Source: Spirochaetales bacterium (GTDB taxonomy: Bacteria > Spirochaetota > Spirochaetia > SZUA-6 > RPPD01). Taken from it: a DNA stretch of 64,000 nt. The notes under the pieces are model-generated. The model was not told where the DNA came from. It ran no database searches and saw only the letters and a program-made list of their open reading frames with translations. Of the stretch, positions 1 through 9,573 are shown one piece after another. The stretch covers positions 106,730 through 170,729 of the forward strand of contig JAFGJO010000009.1 of NCBI GenBank assembly GCA_016929065.1, read 5' to 3'. Position 1 is the first letter of the stretch. Each line of letters opens with the position of its first letter. The position numbers were made by a program, and so were the translations under genes.

Positions 1-93
1 AGGGAAAAAAGGCTTGAGTGCGGGGATGAAAAAAAGTAGAATTGTTTTTAATTTTACCATCAGTACAGGGCAGGAATTATGGAAGGAAAATCA

Positions 94-1131
94 ATGCGGG
101 TGCTTGTGACCGGCGGAGCCGGATTTCTGGGAATTAATTGCATACGGTATTTGTTGTCAAAAAACATCCGGGATATTGTTTCACTTGATTTTGCCGAATT
201 TGATTACCCTGAAAAAAATCTGATTCAGGCGTATACCGGAGATATACGGAATCCCGGTGCAGTAATAGATGCAATGCACGGTGTTGATTGTGTCATCCAC
301 ACTGCAGCTGCGTTGCCGCTCTACTCAAAACATGATATTTTCACCACCGATATCGACGGCACCAGGAATTTGTGCGAAGCCGCTTTGCGGGAACATGTTG
401 ACCGGTTCATTCACATTTCATCAACAGCAGTGTACGGCATTCCCCGTCATCATCCCCTGTATGAACACGACCGCCTCGTCGGGGTGGGAGAGTATGGTGA
501 GGCGAAAATCCAGGCAGAGAACGTATGCCTTGGATTCCGGAAGCAGGGGATGTGCATTCCCATAATCAGGCCAAAGTCTTTTATCGGTCCGGAACGGCTC
601 GGTGTATTTGCACTTCTGTATGACTGGGCAAAGGACGGCAGGGGGTTCCCCATGATCGGGAATGGCAAAAATCGGTATCAGCTGCTCGATGTCGAAGACC
701 TGTGCAGTGCAATCTATTTGTGTATGACCAGACCGAAAAAAGATGTTGATGATATTTTCAATATCGGCGCGGAGGAATTCGGAACAATGCGCGAAGATTA
801 TCAGGCTGTGCTGGATGAGGCGGGATTCGGGAAAAAAATTATCGGCTTTCCAAAATGGCCGGTGATCGGCGCTCTGCGGTTTCTTGAGTTTTTAAAGCTG
901 TCTCCATTATACAAATGGGTGTATGAAACAGCCCACCGGGACTCATTCGTCTCGATTGAAAAGGCCAGGGTAAAAATAGGATTTACCCCGCGGTTTTCCA
1001 ACAGGGATGCACTTGTCAGGAATTTCAGGTGGTACCTGGAAAACTGCAATTCATTTGAAGGCCAAAGCGGCGTGTCCCACAGGGTCCCCTGGAAACAGGG
1101 AATCCTGAAGCTGGTCAAGGCTCTTTTTTAG
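94..1131 (+). CDS. NAD-dependent epimerase/dehydratase (extended SDR family)
   Basis: ORF 79..1131. Rossmann motif VTGGAGFLG near the N-terminus and catalytic YGEAK (YxxxK). The ATG at 94 follows AAGGA with 6-nt spacing, so it is preferred over the ATG at 79. Confidence 0.85.
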   Translation: MRVLVTGGAGFLGINCIRYLLSKNIRDIVSLDFAEFDYPEKNLIQAYTGDIRNPGAVIDAMHGVDCVIHTAAALPLYSKHDIFTTDIDGTRNLCEAALREHVDRFIHISSTAVYGIPRHHPLYEHDRLVGVGEYGEAKIQAENVCLGFRKQGMCIPIIRPKSFIGPERLGVFALLYDWAKDGRGFPMIGNGKNRYQLLDVEDLCSAIYLCMTRPKKDVDDIFNIGAEEFGTMREDYQAVLDEAGFGKKIIGFPKWPVIGALRFLEFLKLSPLYKWVYETAHRDSFVSIEKARVKIGFTPRFSNRDALVRNFRWYLENCNSFEGQSGVSHRVPWKQGILKLVKALF

Positions 1132-1155
1132 GTTTAAAGACAGGGAGAAAATGCG

Positions 1156-2058
1156 ATGAGGGATTACATTCGGCTGTTACGTGTAAAACATTGGATTAAA
1201 AATATGTTTGTACTGATTCCCCTGATTTTTTCAAAGAAATTTCTTCTGGCAGATCAGCTCTTTGAAGGTCTCCTTGCCAGTGGCCTGGTCTTTGTACTTT
1301 TTTGTCTTGGTTCTTCATTCAGTTATATTATCAATGATATCGTTGACAGAAAAAAGGACCGGGAGCATCCGGTGAAAAAATCCCGGCCTCTCGCAAGCGG
1401 AAAAGTGTCTGTCCGGACTGCCGGTATTCTGGCAGGCGGGGTCCTTGCCATTTGTATTGCCGCTGTACTTTTTACTGATATCAGGGTCATGATTGCTTTC
1501 GGCTGTTATATTCTCCTTATATTGAGCTACTCATTTTTTTTGAAACATTTTGTGATTGCTGACGTAATTGTTATTGCTGTCGGGTTTATTATCAGGATTA
1601 TTGCCGGGGCATTGGCGATCGATGTCGGGGTCTCAAACTGGCTTCTGCTTTCTGCATTGTTTCTGTCTCTGTTTCTTGGATTCGGCAAGCGCCGCCATGA
1701 CCTGCTCCTTCTGGAGAATAAAACTGCGCACCGGCCGGTGCTTGACCACTATACGGTTCCCCTGCTCGATTCCCTGATCACCGTATCGGTTGCCTTGGTC
1801 ATCATTACCTATTCGCTGTATACACTTTCCGAAGACACAGCAGAGCGGTTCAATACCAGTTATCTGATATACACAGTTCCGCTTGTTGTCTTTGGAATAT
1901 TCCGGTACCTGTACATTCTTTATAAAAAAGAAGGCGGTGGGGATCCGGCGGACATTGTTTTATGCGATAAAAGCATTGTTATTGTTGTTGCCCTTTGGGG
2001 CCTTCTGATCATTGGAATTCTCTTTCTTGGGTCAATCGGGTACGGGAGGCTTTTTTGA
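1156..2058 (+). CDS. UbiA-family polyprenyl-phosphate transferase (decaprenyl-phosphate phosphoribosyltransferase-like)
   Basis: 300-aa polytopic membrane protein with the Asp-rich motif NDIVDRKKD (NDxxDxxxD) after the second TM segment. GGAG lies 8 nt upstream of the ATG. Substrate assignment is inference only. Confidence 0.8.
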   Translation: MRDYIRLLRVKHWIKNMFVLIPLIFSKKFLLADQLFEGLLASGLVFVLFCLGSSFSYIINDIVDRKKDREHPVKKSRPLASGKVSVRTAGILAGGVLAICIAAVLFTDIRVMIAFGCYILLILSYSFFLKHFVIADVIVIAVGFIIRIIAGALAIDVGVSNWLLLSALFLSLFLGFGKRRHDLLLLENKTAHRPVLDHYTVPLLDSLITVSVALVIITYSLYTLSEDTAERFNTSYLIYTVPLVVFGIFRYLYILYKKEGGGDPADIVLCDKSIVIVVALWGLLIIGILFLGSIGYGRLF

Positions 2059-2483
2059 AGCTGCCCGGTATAAAATATTATCTTTTTGCGGCAATCGCGA
2101 CGATCTCGAATCTTGTTCTGCAGTTTTTATGCACCAGAATAGGTGAATCGGTGTTGACTGTTGATCTCATACACAGGAAAGATATTATCTATATTTCCGC
2201 CTGGGCTGTCGGAACAGGATTGAGTTCTGTGTTGAAGTATATTCTTGACAAGGTGTTTATTTTCAAATACCAGACTGATACCCTGAAAAAGAATCTGGTC
2301 ACTTTTTTCTTTTACGGAATCATGTCGCTGGTGACAACAGGAATCTTTTTTGGGATTCAGTCATATTTTGAGTATATACTGCAAATTTCAAAATATATCG
2401 GCGGGTTTATCGGGCTGGGGATCGGATACACGGTGAAGTATTTTCTTGACCGAAAATTTGTTTTTATCGAAAGGGATAAATGA
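2055..2483 (+). CDS. GtrA-family membrane protein (polyprenyl-phosphate-sugar translocation family)
   Basis: Small 4-TM protein ending in KYFLDRKFVF, typical of GtrA-like proteins. The ORF opens at 1995, but the TTG at 2055 overlaps the upstream TGA (tTGA), suggesting translational coupling. Start is uncertain. Confidence 0.7.
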   Translation: MKLPGIKYYLFAAIATISNLVLQFLCTRIGESVLTVDLIHRKDIIYISAWAVGTGLSSVLKYILDKVFIFKYQTDTLKKNLVTFFFYGIMSLVTTGIFFGIQSYFEYILQISKYIGGFIGLGIGYTVKYFLDRKFVFIERDK

Positions 2484-2842
2484 TGCAGTATACTTTTCTG
2501 GCGTTATCCATAGTCCTTGGCGCAGTGGGACAGATTCTGTTCAAGCAGGGAGTCAAGGGAATTGCAGAAACACAGCTTTCGATGCAGTTTGTTTTTTCCT
2601 GCATGACAAATCCCTGGATTTTGCTGGGCGGTGCGAGTTACGGTGCAAGTTTTATTTTATGGCTATATATTCTTCGGTTTTTTGAGATCAGTTTCGCCCG
2701 GCCGCTCACTGGTTTCGGGTATATTCTGACGTATGTCATTGCCATTGTTTTTCTTGGAGAGCCAATTACACCGTTCAGGGTTATCGCGGTTGTTTTAATA
2801 ACTGCCGGCGTCATCCTTCTTGTAATGGATGTTTCATTATAG
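2480..2842 (+). CDS. Small half-size DMT/EamA-like transporter (ArnE/ArnF-like)
   Basis: 120 aa with 4 predicted TM helices and N-terminus LSIVLGAVGQILFKQGVK, as in ArnE/ArnF-type small DMT proteins. Its ATG overlaps the GtrA stop codon. Confidence 0.65.
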   Translation: MMQYTFLALSIVLGAVGQILFKQGVKGIAETQLSMQFVFSCMTNPWILLGGASYGASFILWLYILRFFEISFARPLTGFGYILTYVIAIVFLGEPITPFRVIAVVLITAGVILLVMDVSL

Positions 2843-2965
2843 GATAATTGGATGATTGCAATACTTGCCTAATGGGCATGCCTTTGCTACATTGAATCCG
2901 AATTTCGAGGTTGTATATCCGGATGTTGATTCCCGGATACCTGAAAAAATATAGAGGAGTTTTCC

Positions 2966-4282
2966 ATGCGCTTACAGAGCACCCGGGGAAAATCGGGTGA
3001 AGTGAATTTCAAACAGGCACTTTTTCAGGGGCTTGCCCCGGACGGTGGTTTGTATTATCCGGTTGAATCAAAATCACTGAAACAGCTGTTTACATCTCTC
3101 GATTCCACTCATGACTTTAACCATATCGCGAAAGCAATGTCGCATGCATGGCTCAGGGACGAATGGGATGAAACAACAATTGATGCGATCGTTAACCGCG
3201 CTTTTCATTTTTCTCCCCGGTGTACCTCTCTCACCGAATCTATGCATGTTCTGGAGCTCTTTCATGGCCCATCCTCTGCGTTCAAGGATTTTGGCGCCTG
3301 TTTTCTTGCGTCCTGTATGGAAGAAATCCTGCTGGAGGAGGAGCGGAAAGCCATTATCCTGGTTGCCACCTCGGGTGATACAGGCAGCGCGGTAGCGCAG
3401 GCTTTTTTTGATAAAAAAAATATAGATGTGGTCATTTTATATCCAAGCGGAAGGGTCAGCAGTCTTCAGGAAAAACAGCTGACAACTCTGGGAAAAAATA
3501 TCCATGCACTTGAAGTCGCGGGTGCTTTTGATGATTGTCAGCGGATGGTAAAAGAGGCGTTTTGCGACAAAGCCCTTAATTCACGGCTCACTCTCACCTC
3601 TGCAAATTCGATCAGTATCGGCAGGCTCTTCCCTCAGTCTTTTTACTATGTGTATGCATATGCGCAGTTAAAAGAAAGGCTGCAGGACAATTTTGTTTTT
3701 TGTGTACCCAGCGGCAATTTTGGAAATCTCACCGCGGGAATGTATGCGTGGACATGGGGACTTCCTGTTTCCCGCTTTATCGCTGCGACCAATATCAATG
3801 ATGTGGTGCCGGAATATCTGAAGACGAAACTTTTTTCACCGCGTGCTTCGGTTCATACGCTTTCAAATGCCATGGATGTCGGGAATCCAAGCAATTTTGA
3901 ACGGATGATGATGATTTTTAACGGAGACGGCGGAAAAATGGCAGAAATGGTACATGGGGAGGTGGTGACCGATACGCAGACCCGCGATGAAATGGGCAGA
4001 CTGTTCCATGCCAGCAATATTTTTGTCGATCCGCATACCGCGGTGGGGATCACTGCCTGTCAGCGCTATATGGATAAACCGGAAAATAAAAATACTGCCG
4101 GGGTAATCCTTTCAACTGCGCATCCGGCAAAGTTTATTGAGATCGTTGAACAAGCAACTGGAAATACCCCGGGTATTCCGGATAACCTGAAAAAAGCACT
4201 TGCTTTGACCAAACAGGCAACAAAGGTAAACAATACACTTTCGGATTTGCGGGAATTTTTAATGGATAATTTCAGGCATTAA
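2966..4282 (+). CDS. thrC: Threonine synthase
   Basis: 438 aa. PLP-lysine motif SSAFKDFG, then the glycine-rich TSGDTGSA loop. GGAG lies 6 nt upstream of the ATG. Confidence 0.9.
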   Translation: MRLQSTRGKSGEVNFKQALFQGLAPDGGLYYPVESKSLKQLFTSLDSTHDFNHIAKAMSHAWLRDEWDETTIDAIVNRAFHFSPRCTSLTESMHVLELFHGPSSAFKDFGACFLASCMEEILLEEERKAIILVATSGDTGSAVAQAFFDKKNIDVVILYPSGRVSSLQEKQLTTLGKNIHALEVAGAFDDCQRMVKEAFCDKALNSRLTLTSANSISIGRLFPQSFYYVYAYAQLKERLQDNFVFCVPSGNFGNLTAGMYAWTWGLPVSRFIAATNINDVVPEYLKTKLFSPRASVHTLSNAMDVGNPSNFERMMMIFNGDGGKMAEMVHGEVVTDTQTRDEMGRLFHASNIFVDPHTAVGITACQRYMDKPENKNTAGVILSTAHPAKFIEIVEQATGNTPGIPDNLKKALALTKQATKVNNTLSDLREFLMDNFRH

Positions 4283-4389
4283 TCAGGAAATTATGTTGAG
4301 TCTGCTTCCATATGATTAAATGAAATATTGTTTCCATGTTCCCGCAATACTGCAGTCTTCCTGCTGCCTCGATGATTCCCTGCAACAGG

Positions 4390-5529
4390 CTATACTTTGA
4401 AGCCGGCCCGGGCAGCCCGTGCAAGTTTCGTTTTCAGCAACTGGTTTTCCTTTTTTAAATTGTTGATCTCCCTGTGCTGGGAACGGATGATATCAATCAA
4501 ATCACCTTCAGACAATGACCCGGAGTGCATCAAATCCTCGATGTAATGCAATTTTTCGCTAAAATCGATTTGTGCTTCGAGTTCCGCAATTTGAAATGAT
4601 TCGGCAAAATTAAAATCCAGAAGCTGTGTTTCATCTTCAACGTGCTGGACCAGTTTGTCTGCGATACGGTATATCGCCTGGGAGATAACGGCATTTGGTT
4701 TGTAGAGTAAAATCGGAATTCTGGAGTTCAAGGCTATATCCTGCAGTTCATCGCGGTAAATGATGCCCAGATGTTCGATCTCGATGCCCAGGTACTCCTT
4801 GATCGACATCCTGAGTTTGTCGATTCGCCGGGAATCTTTTTCATTTTCAAGCATGTTCATGATGACTCTGGGTGCGAAACTATTCGCTTTCTCCATGTAA
4901 CTGTCATAGACTTTCTTGTCTGCCTCTTTTATCTGTTTCAGCAGTTTTGGGAGATACAGTTTCTGGAATTTGGTTCCGTCCTTTTCCAGGGAGTCCAGTA
5001 TTCTATTGGCCGGGGAGGATTTTGTAATGAGTGATGACAGAATCCGAAAGAGCGCATTTTTCAAAAAAAGATACGCATTGAGCATTGAAGTAAGTGTTGG
5101 CATTGTCATAAGAATTCCCCGTGATGAGGTGAGGAAAAAATCAAGTACATTCAGATGAGTCCCGGCACCAAGGTCAAGGATCAGATAGTCTGTTTTCAGC
5201 GAGAGAAGTTTGCTGATCAAAGCCTTTTTTTGAGATTGTGTAATATTGGCAATTCCCGGAATTTCTGAATCCCCGGGAATAAAACGAAGATGAGGGTACT
5301 CTGTCTGGAGGATACAATCTTCAAATTTGGAATTTTTCTCTTTCAGATAAAACCCGACTCCTTTACCTGAAGGCTGTATTCCCAGAAGAATATGAAGATT
5401 TGATGCACCAAGGTCGAGATCGGCACAGACCACGTCCTTGCCCGCCTCGGCGAGTGCGATCGCTAAATTTGCTGCAAGAAGTGATTTTCCGACACCTCCC
5501 TTTCCGCTCGCTACTGGCAATATATGCAT
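4390..5529 (-). CDS. MinD/ParA-family P-loop ATPase with about 80-aa C-terminal coiled-coil extension
   Basis: Deviant Walker A ASGKGGVGKS at residues 8-17 and DLDLGASN switch region. The C-terminus holds a heptad-like segment and ends in the amphipathic KLARAARAGFKV. A strong RBS (GGAGGAAGG) precedes the ATG. Confidence 0.8.
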   Translation of the reverse strand: MHILPVASGKGGVGKSLLAANLAIALAEAGKDVVCADLDLGASNLHILLGIQPSGKGVGFYLKEKNSKFEDCILQTEYPHLRFIPGDSEIPGIANITQSQKKALISKLLSLKTDYLILDLGAGTHLNVLDFFLTSSRGILMTMPTLTSMLNAYLFLKNALFRILSSLITKSSPANRILDSLEKDGTKFQKLYLPKLLKQIKEADKKVYDSYMEKANSFAPRVIMNMLENEKDSRRIDKLRMSIKEYLGIEIEHLGIIYRDELQDIALNSRIPILLYKPNAVISQAIYRIADKLVQHVEDETQLLDFNFAESFQIAELEAQIDFSEKLHYIEDLMHSGSLSEGDLIDIIRSQHREINNLKKENQLLKTKLARAARAGFKV

Positions 5530-5593
5530 CAGCCTTCCTCCTTGCTGTAAAAAAGGCAGTTTTTCCCGAAAAGCTGTTTGCGCTGCATTGTGT

Positions 5594-6013
5594 TTACTGT
5601 TCGGGAATATCTTCTCTCTTTAATGATAGCAAAACAGCAAGAAAAATCAAATCAACAAATAAAATAATTAATGGCAAAGAAAGATTGTCTGCGGTAAACT
5701 GCAGCAGGGTGTCGGAATTCTGATGTGTTAGAAAAAAACCAAATAAAAAAATAATCCCGAAAAAAACAGAGGCGGTTGTCATCATTTTTCCCATGACCAG
5801 AAGGGGGTGAAGAATACCGCGCTTTTGGGGAGAAAAGTAGATGAGTAAAGCAGCGAACGGGAGAAGCAGATTTCCACTCAGGAAGCCTGCCAGAAGAGGA
5901 GCAAAATCAATCGTTGAACATGGTCTTGTCGTCGTTAAATACAGGAAGATAAATGCAATACGCAGCAATTCCCATGCTGTAAAAACAATGAAAAAGAAAC
6001 TCTTTTTTTCCAT
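5594..6013 (-). CDS. Hypothetical 4-TM membrane protein
   Basis: 139-aa hydrophobic ORF whose stop lies 64 nt upstream of the MinD-like start on the same strand. No recognisable motif. Confidence 0.6.
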   Translation of the reverse strand: MEKKSFFFIVFTAWELLRIAFIFLYLTTTRPCSTIDFAPLLAGFLSGNLLLPFAALLIYFSPQKRGILHPLLVMGKMMTTASVFFGIIFLFGFFLTHQNSDTLLQFTADNLSLPLIILFVDLIFLAVLLSLKREDIPEQ

Positions 6014-6220
6014 GATAGTCGGAGTGTATCTTTTGTGGTATAATCAGGTCAAGAGTGAACGCATGATCAAAAGATTGACATTCATCGGAATATATTTACA
6101 ATAATTGCATCGAAATCAGGTAACTATTGCCCGTGTTTGCTGTTTTTATAAAGGAATTTTATATAATTTTTGGCAACAACAGGTTTACATGCCTTGTTTG
6201 CCGTTTATTTGGAGTGTTGT

Positions 6221-7639
6221 ATGGCCATGATACAGAAAAAAGAGAGAGTAGTCTGGATTGGAATTACCCTGTTTTTACTGGGGTTCATTTTTTTTACTGC
6301 AATTACGTCTTCTCTCATTGCGCAGGGGCCTACCCTTGATGACCAGCAGGCATTAAAGAAATTTACAGAAATATACACCTATCTGCGTGAATATTATGTT
6401 GATGAAACAAAAATTGATTCGAATAAGCTCATTGACGGTGCACTGGCTGGTATGTTTAAAAGTCTTGATGACCCGTATTCGGTGTATTTGACAAAAGATG
6501 ATCTGCGGGACCTTGAAGATACTTCAAATGGTTCCTTTGGAGGAGTGGGGTTATCCATTTCAAAACAGCGGATTTATGATAAAAACGGCGAGCTTATGGA
6601 AAATACGCCAATAGAAGTCGTTTCGCCGCTTGAGGGGACACCTGCATTCAAGGCAGGTGTTAATGCTGGCGACTTGATCATGAGGATTGAAGACAAGAAT
6701 ACTACCGAGATGACACTCGATCAAGTGGTCAAAGAGCTTCGCGGGCAACCAGGCTCAAAGGTAACGGTCACCATTAAACGGGGTGCTTCGCTCGTATTTG
6801 ATGTCACTCTTGTCCGGGCAAGTATTGAAATTCCCACTGTCAGAAGCGAAATGATGGATAACGGAATCGGGTATATCAGAATTGTGGAATTTACCAATTT
6901 TACGCCGGCCAGAATACGTGATGTGATCAATGAATACAAGACAAAAAATCTGAAGGGACTGGTCATCGATCTGCGTTCCAATCCAGGCGGTGTTTTATCA
7001 TCGGTAATTTCCATTTCAGATTATTTTCTGGAGAAAGGTGCAATCGTCAGTATCCGCTCACGGGTTCCGTCGCAGAACTTTGTTTATAACTCCAATAAAA
7101 ACAACGACATTGTTTCGGAAACAATGCCGATTGCCGTACTCGTCGACAAGGGCTCGGCATCGGCTTCTGAAATTCTCGCCGGAGCACTGCAGGATAATCA
7201 CCGTGCGGTGATTATCGGTGAAAAATCATATGGGAAGGGTACGGTTCAGCATGTGAAATTTGTCGATGATTCCGGATTCAAACTGACCGTGGCCCGGTTT
7301 TTTACACCGGACGGGAAAAAAATAGACAAGGAAGGGGTTACCCCGGACATTGAAATCAAGGAAGAAGAATATACGGATTCGGAACGTGAATCATTCGAAA
7401 AGATTTTAAAGGAAAACCTGATTGTGAATTTTGTCAGTCAGACACCCAATCCAACCGAGAAACAGGTGAATGATTTTATAGCGAAACTGAAAAAACAGGG
7501 AATTGTGCTTCGTGAGCTGGCCTTGAAGCGTCTCATCCACAGGGAAATGGCCCGGGGGCAGAATAATCCGCCGGTCTATGATCTTTCGACTGATACGGTT
7601 CTTCAGCGGGCTGTTGAGTACATTCAAAAGGGAAAGTAG
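6221..7639 (+). CDS. ctpA: S41-family C-terminal processing peptidase
   Basis: N-terminal TM anchor and PDZ-like region. S41 motifs DLRSNPGG, GSASASEI (catalytic Ser) and YGKGTVQ (catalytic Lys). The ATG at 6221 follows GGAG with 6-nt spacing; the ORF opens at 6170. Confidence 0.9.
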   Translation: MAMIQKKERVVWIGITLFLLGFIFFTAITSSLIAQGPTLDDQQALKKFTEIYTYLREYYVDETKIDSNKLIDGALAGMFKSLDDPYSVYLTKDDLRDLEDTSNGSFGGVGLSISKQRIYDKNGELMENTPIEVVSPLEGTPAFKAGVNAGDLIMRIEDKNTTEMTLDQVVKELRGQPGSKVTVTIKRGASLVFDVTLVRASIEIPTVRSEMMDNGIGYIRIVEFTNFTPARIRDVINEYKTKNLKGLVIDLRSNPGGVLSSVISISDYFLEKGAIVSIRSRVPSQNFVYNSNKNNDIVSETMPIAVLVDKGSASASEILAGALQDNHRAVIIGEKSYGKGTVQHVKFVDDSGFKLTVARFFTPDGKKIDKEGVTPDIEIKEEEYTDSERESFEKILKENLIVNFVSQTPNPTEKQVNDFIAKLKKQGIVLRELALKRLIHREMARGQNNPPVYDLSTDTVLQRAVEYIQKGK

Positions 7640-7647
7640 ACGCTCTC

Positions 7648-8055
7648 ATGTCATTTTTCAAATTAAATGTGCGGACGCAGTCAAAAACCGGGTTTATTAA
7701 TATTACCACCATGGTGCAGGGAGCACTCCGCAGCAGTGGTGTGACCGACGGGATTTGTGTGGTGTATATCCCTCATACGACGGCGGGAGTTACCATAAAC
7801 GAAGCTGCGGACCCTGCTGTGGTAAAAGACATGCTCGCTGTTTTAAATAAAATAATTCCCTTCCATGACAACTATGCACATATGGAGGGGAATTCCGCAG
7901 CGCATATCAAAACGTCTCTGATGGGGCCGAGTGTGCAGATTCCCGTCGAGCAGGGAAGGCTCTGTCTTGGAACATGGCAGGGTATCTTTTTTTGTGAATT
8001 TGACGGACCGCGCTCCCGAAGTGCAATTGTAAAAATCATCGGCAACAGCGAATGA
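7648..8055 (+). CDS. YjbQ/UPF0047-family protein (secondary thiamine-phosphate synthase enzyme family)
   Basis: 135 aa with family-typical HTTAGVTINEAADPAV and GNSAAHIKTSLMG segments. Confidence 0.85.
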   Translation: MSFFKLNVRTQSKTGFINITTMVQGALRSSGVTDGICVVYIPHTTAGVTINEAADPAVVKDMLAVLNKIIPFHDNYAHMEGNSAAHIKTSLMGPSVQIPVEQGRLCLGTWQGIFFCEFDGPRSRSAIVKIIGNSE

Positions 8056-8822
8056 AGCAGTTTCTGATACCTGATTCTGTTGCAATTCACGATACCATTT
8101 GCCTGGAGCAGGATGATTATCATTATCTTGTCAATGTTCTGCGTGTCCAGTCCGGTGATTCATTTACCGGGATTGACCGTAAGGGTATGCAATACCTCCT
8201 GTCAGTGCTTGCAATCGGAAAGAAATCAGTCACCCTGCAGGTGAAAAAAAATATGGAATTTGAAATTGCCAAAAGCCCTCATGAACTGGTATTGTATCAG
8301 GGAGTTCCGAAACTCCCGAAAATGGATGATATTGTACGGATGACAACAGAAGCCGGAATATCAAAAATAGTACCGGTTATTACTGCGTATTGTCAGGGGG
8401 GGAACAGTCTTTTTACAGCGGTGTCACAGCGGACAGAGAGATGGAAAAAAATCGCACGGGAGGCTGTTCAGCAGAGCGGACGGAAAACCATTCCTGAGAT
8501 TATGCCTCCGGTTGTCTTGAGGGAAATTCCGGCAGTGAATGAAAAAAATACTGCTGGAATATTCGGCGATGAAGCCGCGGGAAAGCACTGTCAGCTGCAT
8601 GAGTTGTTTGACCAAAACAGCCTGCAGTATATTGTCTGTGTCGTCGGCCCCGAGGGCGGTTTTCATGATGATGAAAGAAAAATGATGATGGAAAAAAATA
8701 TTCAGCCTGTTTCACTCGGGGCGAATGTATTGCGTGTTGAAACAGCGGCGATTTATTTATGTGCTGTGATTCAATTTTTACTATTGGAGAAGAATACGTG
8801 GATATCAAGACAAGTAAAATAA
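8052..8822 (+). CDS. rsmE: 16S rRNA (uracil1498-N3)-methyltransferase
   Basis: 256 aa. SPOUT-knot motifs GPEGGF and LGANVLRVETAA. ATGA overlap with the yjbQ-like stop. Confidence 0.85.
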   Translation: MKQFLIPDSVAIHDTICLEQDDYHYLVNVLRVQSGDSFTGIDRKGMQYLLSVLAIGKKSVTLQVKKNMEFEIAKSPHELVLYQGVPKLPKMDDIVRMTTEAGISKIVPVITAYCQGGNSLFTAVSQRTERWKKIAREAVQQSGRKTIPEIMPPVVLREIPAVNEKNTAGIFGDEAAGKHCQLHELFDQNSLQYIVCVVGPEGGFHDDERKMMMEKNIQPVSLGANVLRVETAAIYLCAVIQFLLLEKNTWISRQVK

Positions 8823-9553
8823 AGCGGATCAACTTTTTGAAAATACCCATAGACAGCGTTGATGAGGATTCCTGTTTTTCACATTGTGCAAAACTGCTTG
8901 ACAAGGGTGATCAGAATTATCAGATAACGTTTCTGACGATGAAAGGATTATTCCGTGCGCGCAGAAACATGATGTATTATAAAACGTTATATGAATCATC
9001 ACTCGTACTGCCGACTGCCCGCGGGATTATTCGCGGTGCACATTTTCTGAAAAAAGACACCCTTACCAGATACAACACTTTTGATTTTGTAATTAATCTT
9101 CTGAGTTTTGCAGAAAAAAACAATTTCAGTGTCTATCTGCTCGGCGGCAAAAAAATGGATCTTGAAAAGGCAGAACTGAATGTGCGTACTTCTTTTCCCG
9201 GATTAAAAATCATCGGCAGATATTCCGGTTTTTTTGATGAGCGGATGGAAAAGGATATTTTGCTGGCGATAAAGAAATCCGCGCCGGCACTTCTTCTTGT
9301 GGGGAAGGGGATGAAAGGGAAAGAATACTGGCTGTTTCGAAACCGCAGTAATCTTGCGCCGGGAATATCACTCTGGGTGGATAATTGTTTTGAAATATTT
9401 TCCGGATCAGAAAAATATGTCCCCGAAAATATTTTCAAGGCGGGAATGGAATCGCTTTCGGGTGCCTCGAAGAAGCCCTGGAGATTTTTCACTATCTTCC
9501 GCTATTTGTATTTCAATTTTCTTTTATTAATCTATAAAATATTCAAACTTTAG
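8798..9553 (+). CDS. WecB/TagA/CpsF-family (GT26) glycosyltransferase, divergent paralog
   Basis: N-terminus INFLKIPIDSV and central LLGGKKMDLEKAELNVRTSFPGLKIIGRYSGFF fit GT26. The C-terminal GLEW..R..EP.R motif is degenerate. The GTG at 8798 follows GGAG with 8-nt spacing; the ORF opens at 8759. Confidence 0.7.
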   Translation: MDIKTSKIKRINFLKIPIDSVDEDSCFSHCAKLLDKGDQNYQITFLTMKGLFRARRNMMYYKTLYESSLVLPTARGIIRGAHFLKKDTLTRYNTFDFVINLLSFAEKNNFSVYLLGGKKMDLEKAELNVRTSFPGLKIIGRYSGFFDERMEKDILLAIKKSAPALLLVGKGMKGKEYWLFRNRSNLAPGISLWVDNCFEIFSGSEKYVPENIFKAGMESLSGASKKPWRFFTIFRYLYFNFLLLIYKIFKL

Positions 9554-9573
9554 CTGAAGGGAGAGAGCGTGAA

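Noticed and set aside
2916-2939. 7-bp hairpin (TATCCGG-N10-CCGGATA) in the thrC 5-prime leader, considered as a riboswitch, attenuator or T-box fragment.
   Set aside because: The leader is too short (123 nt in total) and lacks any conserved riboswitch or T-box sequence I can recognise. No U-run follows it. It is probably incidental structure.
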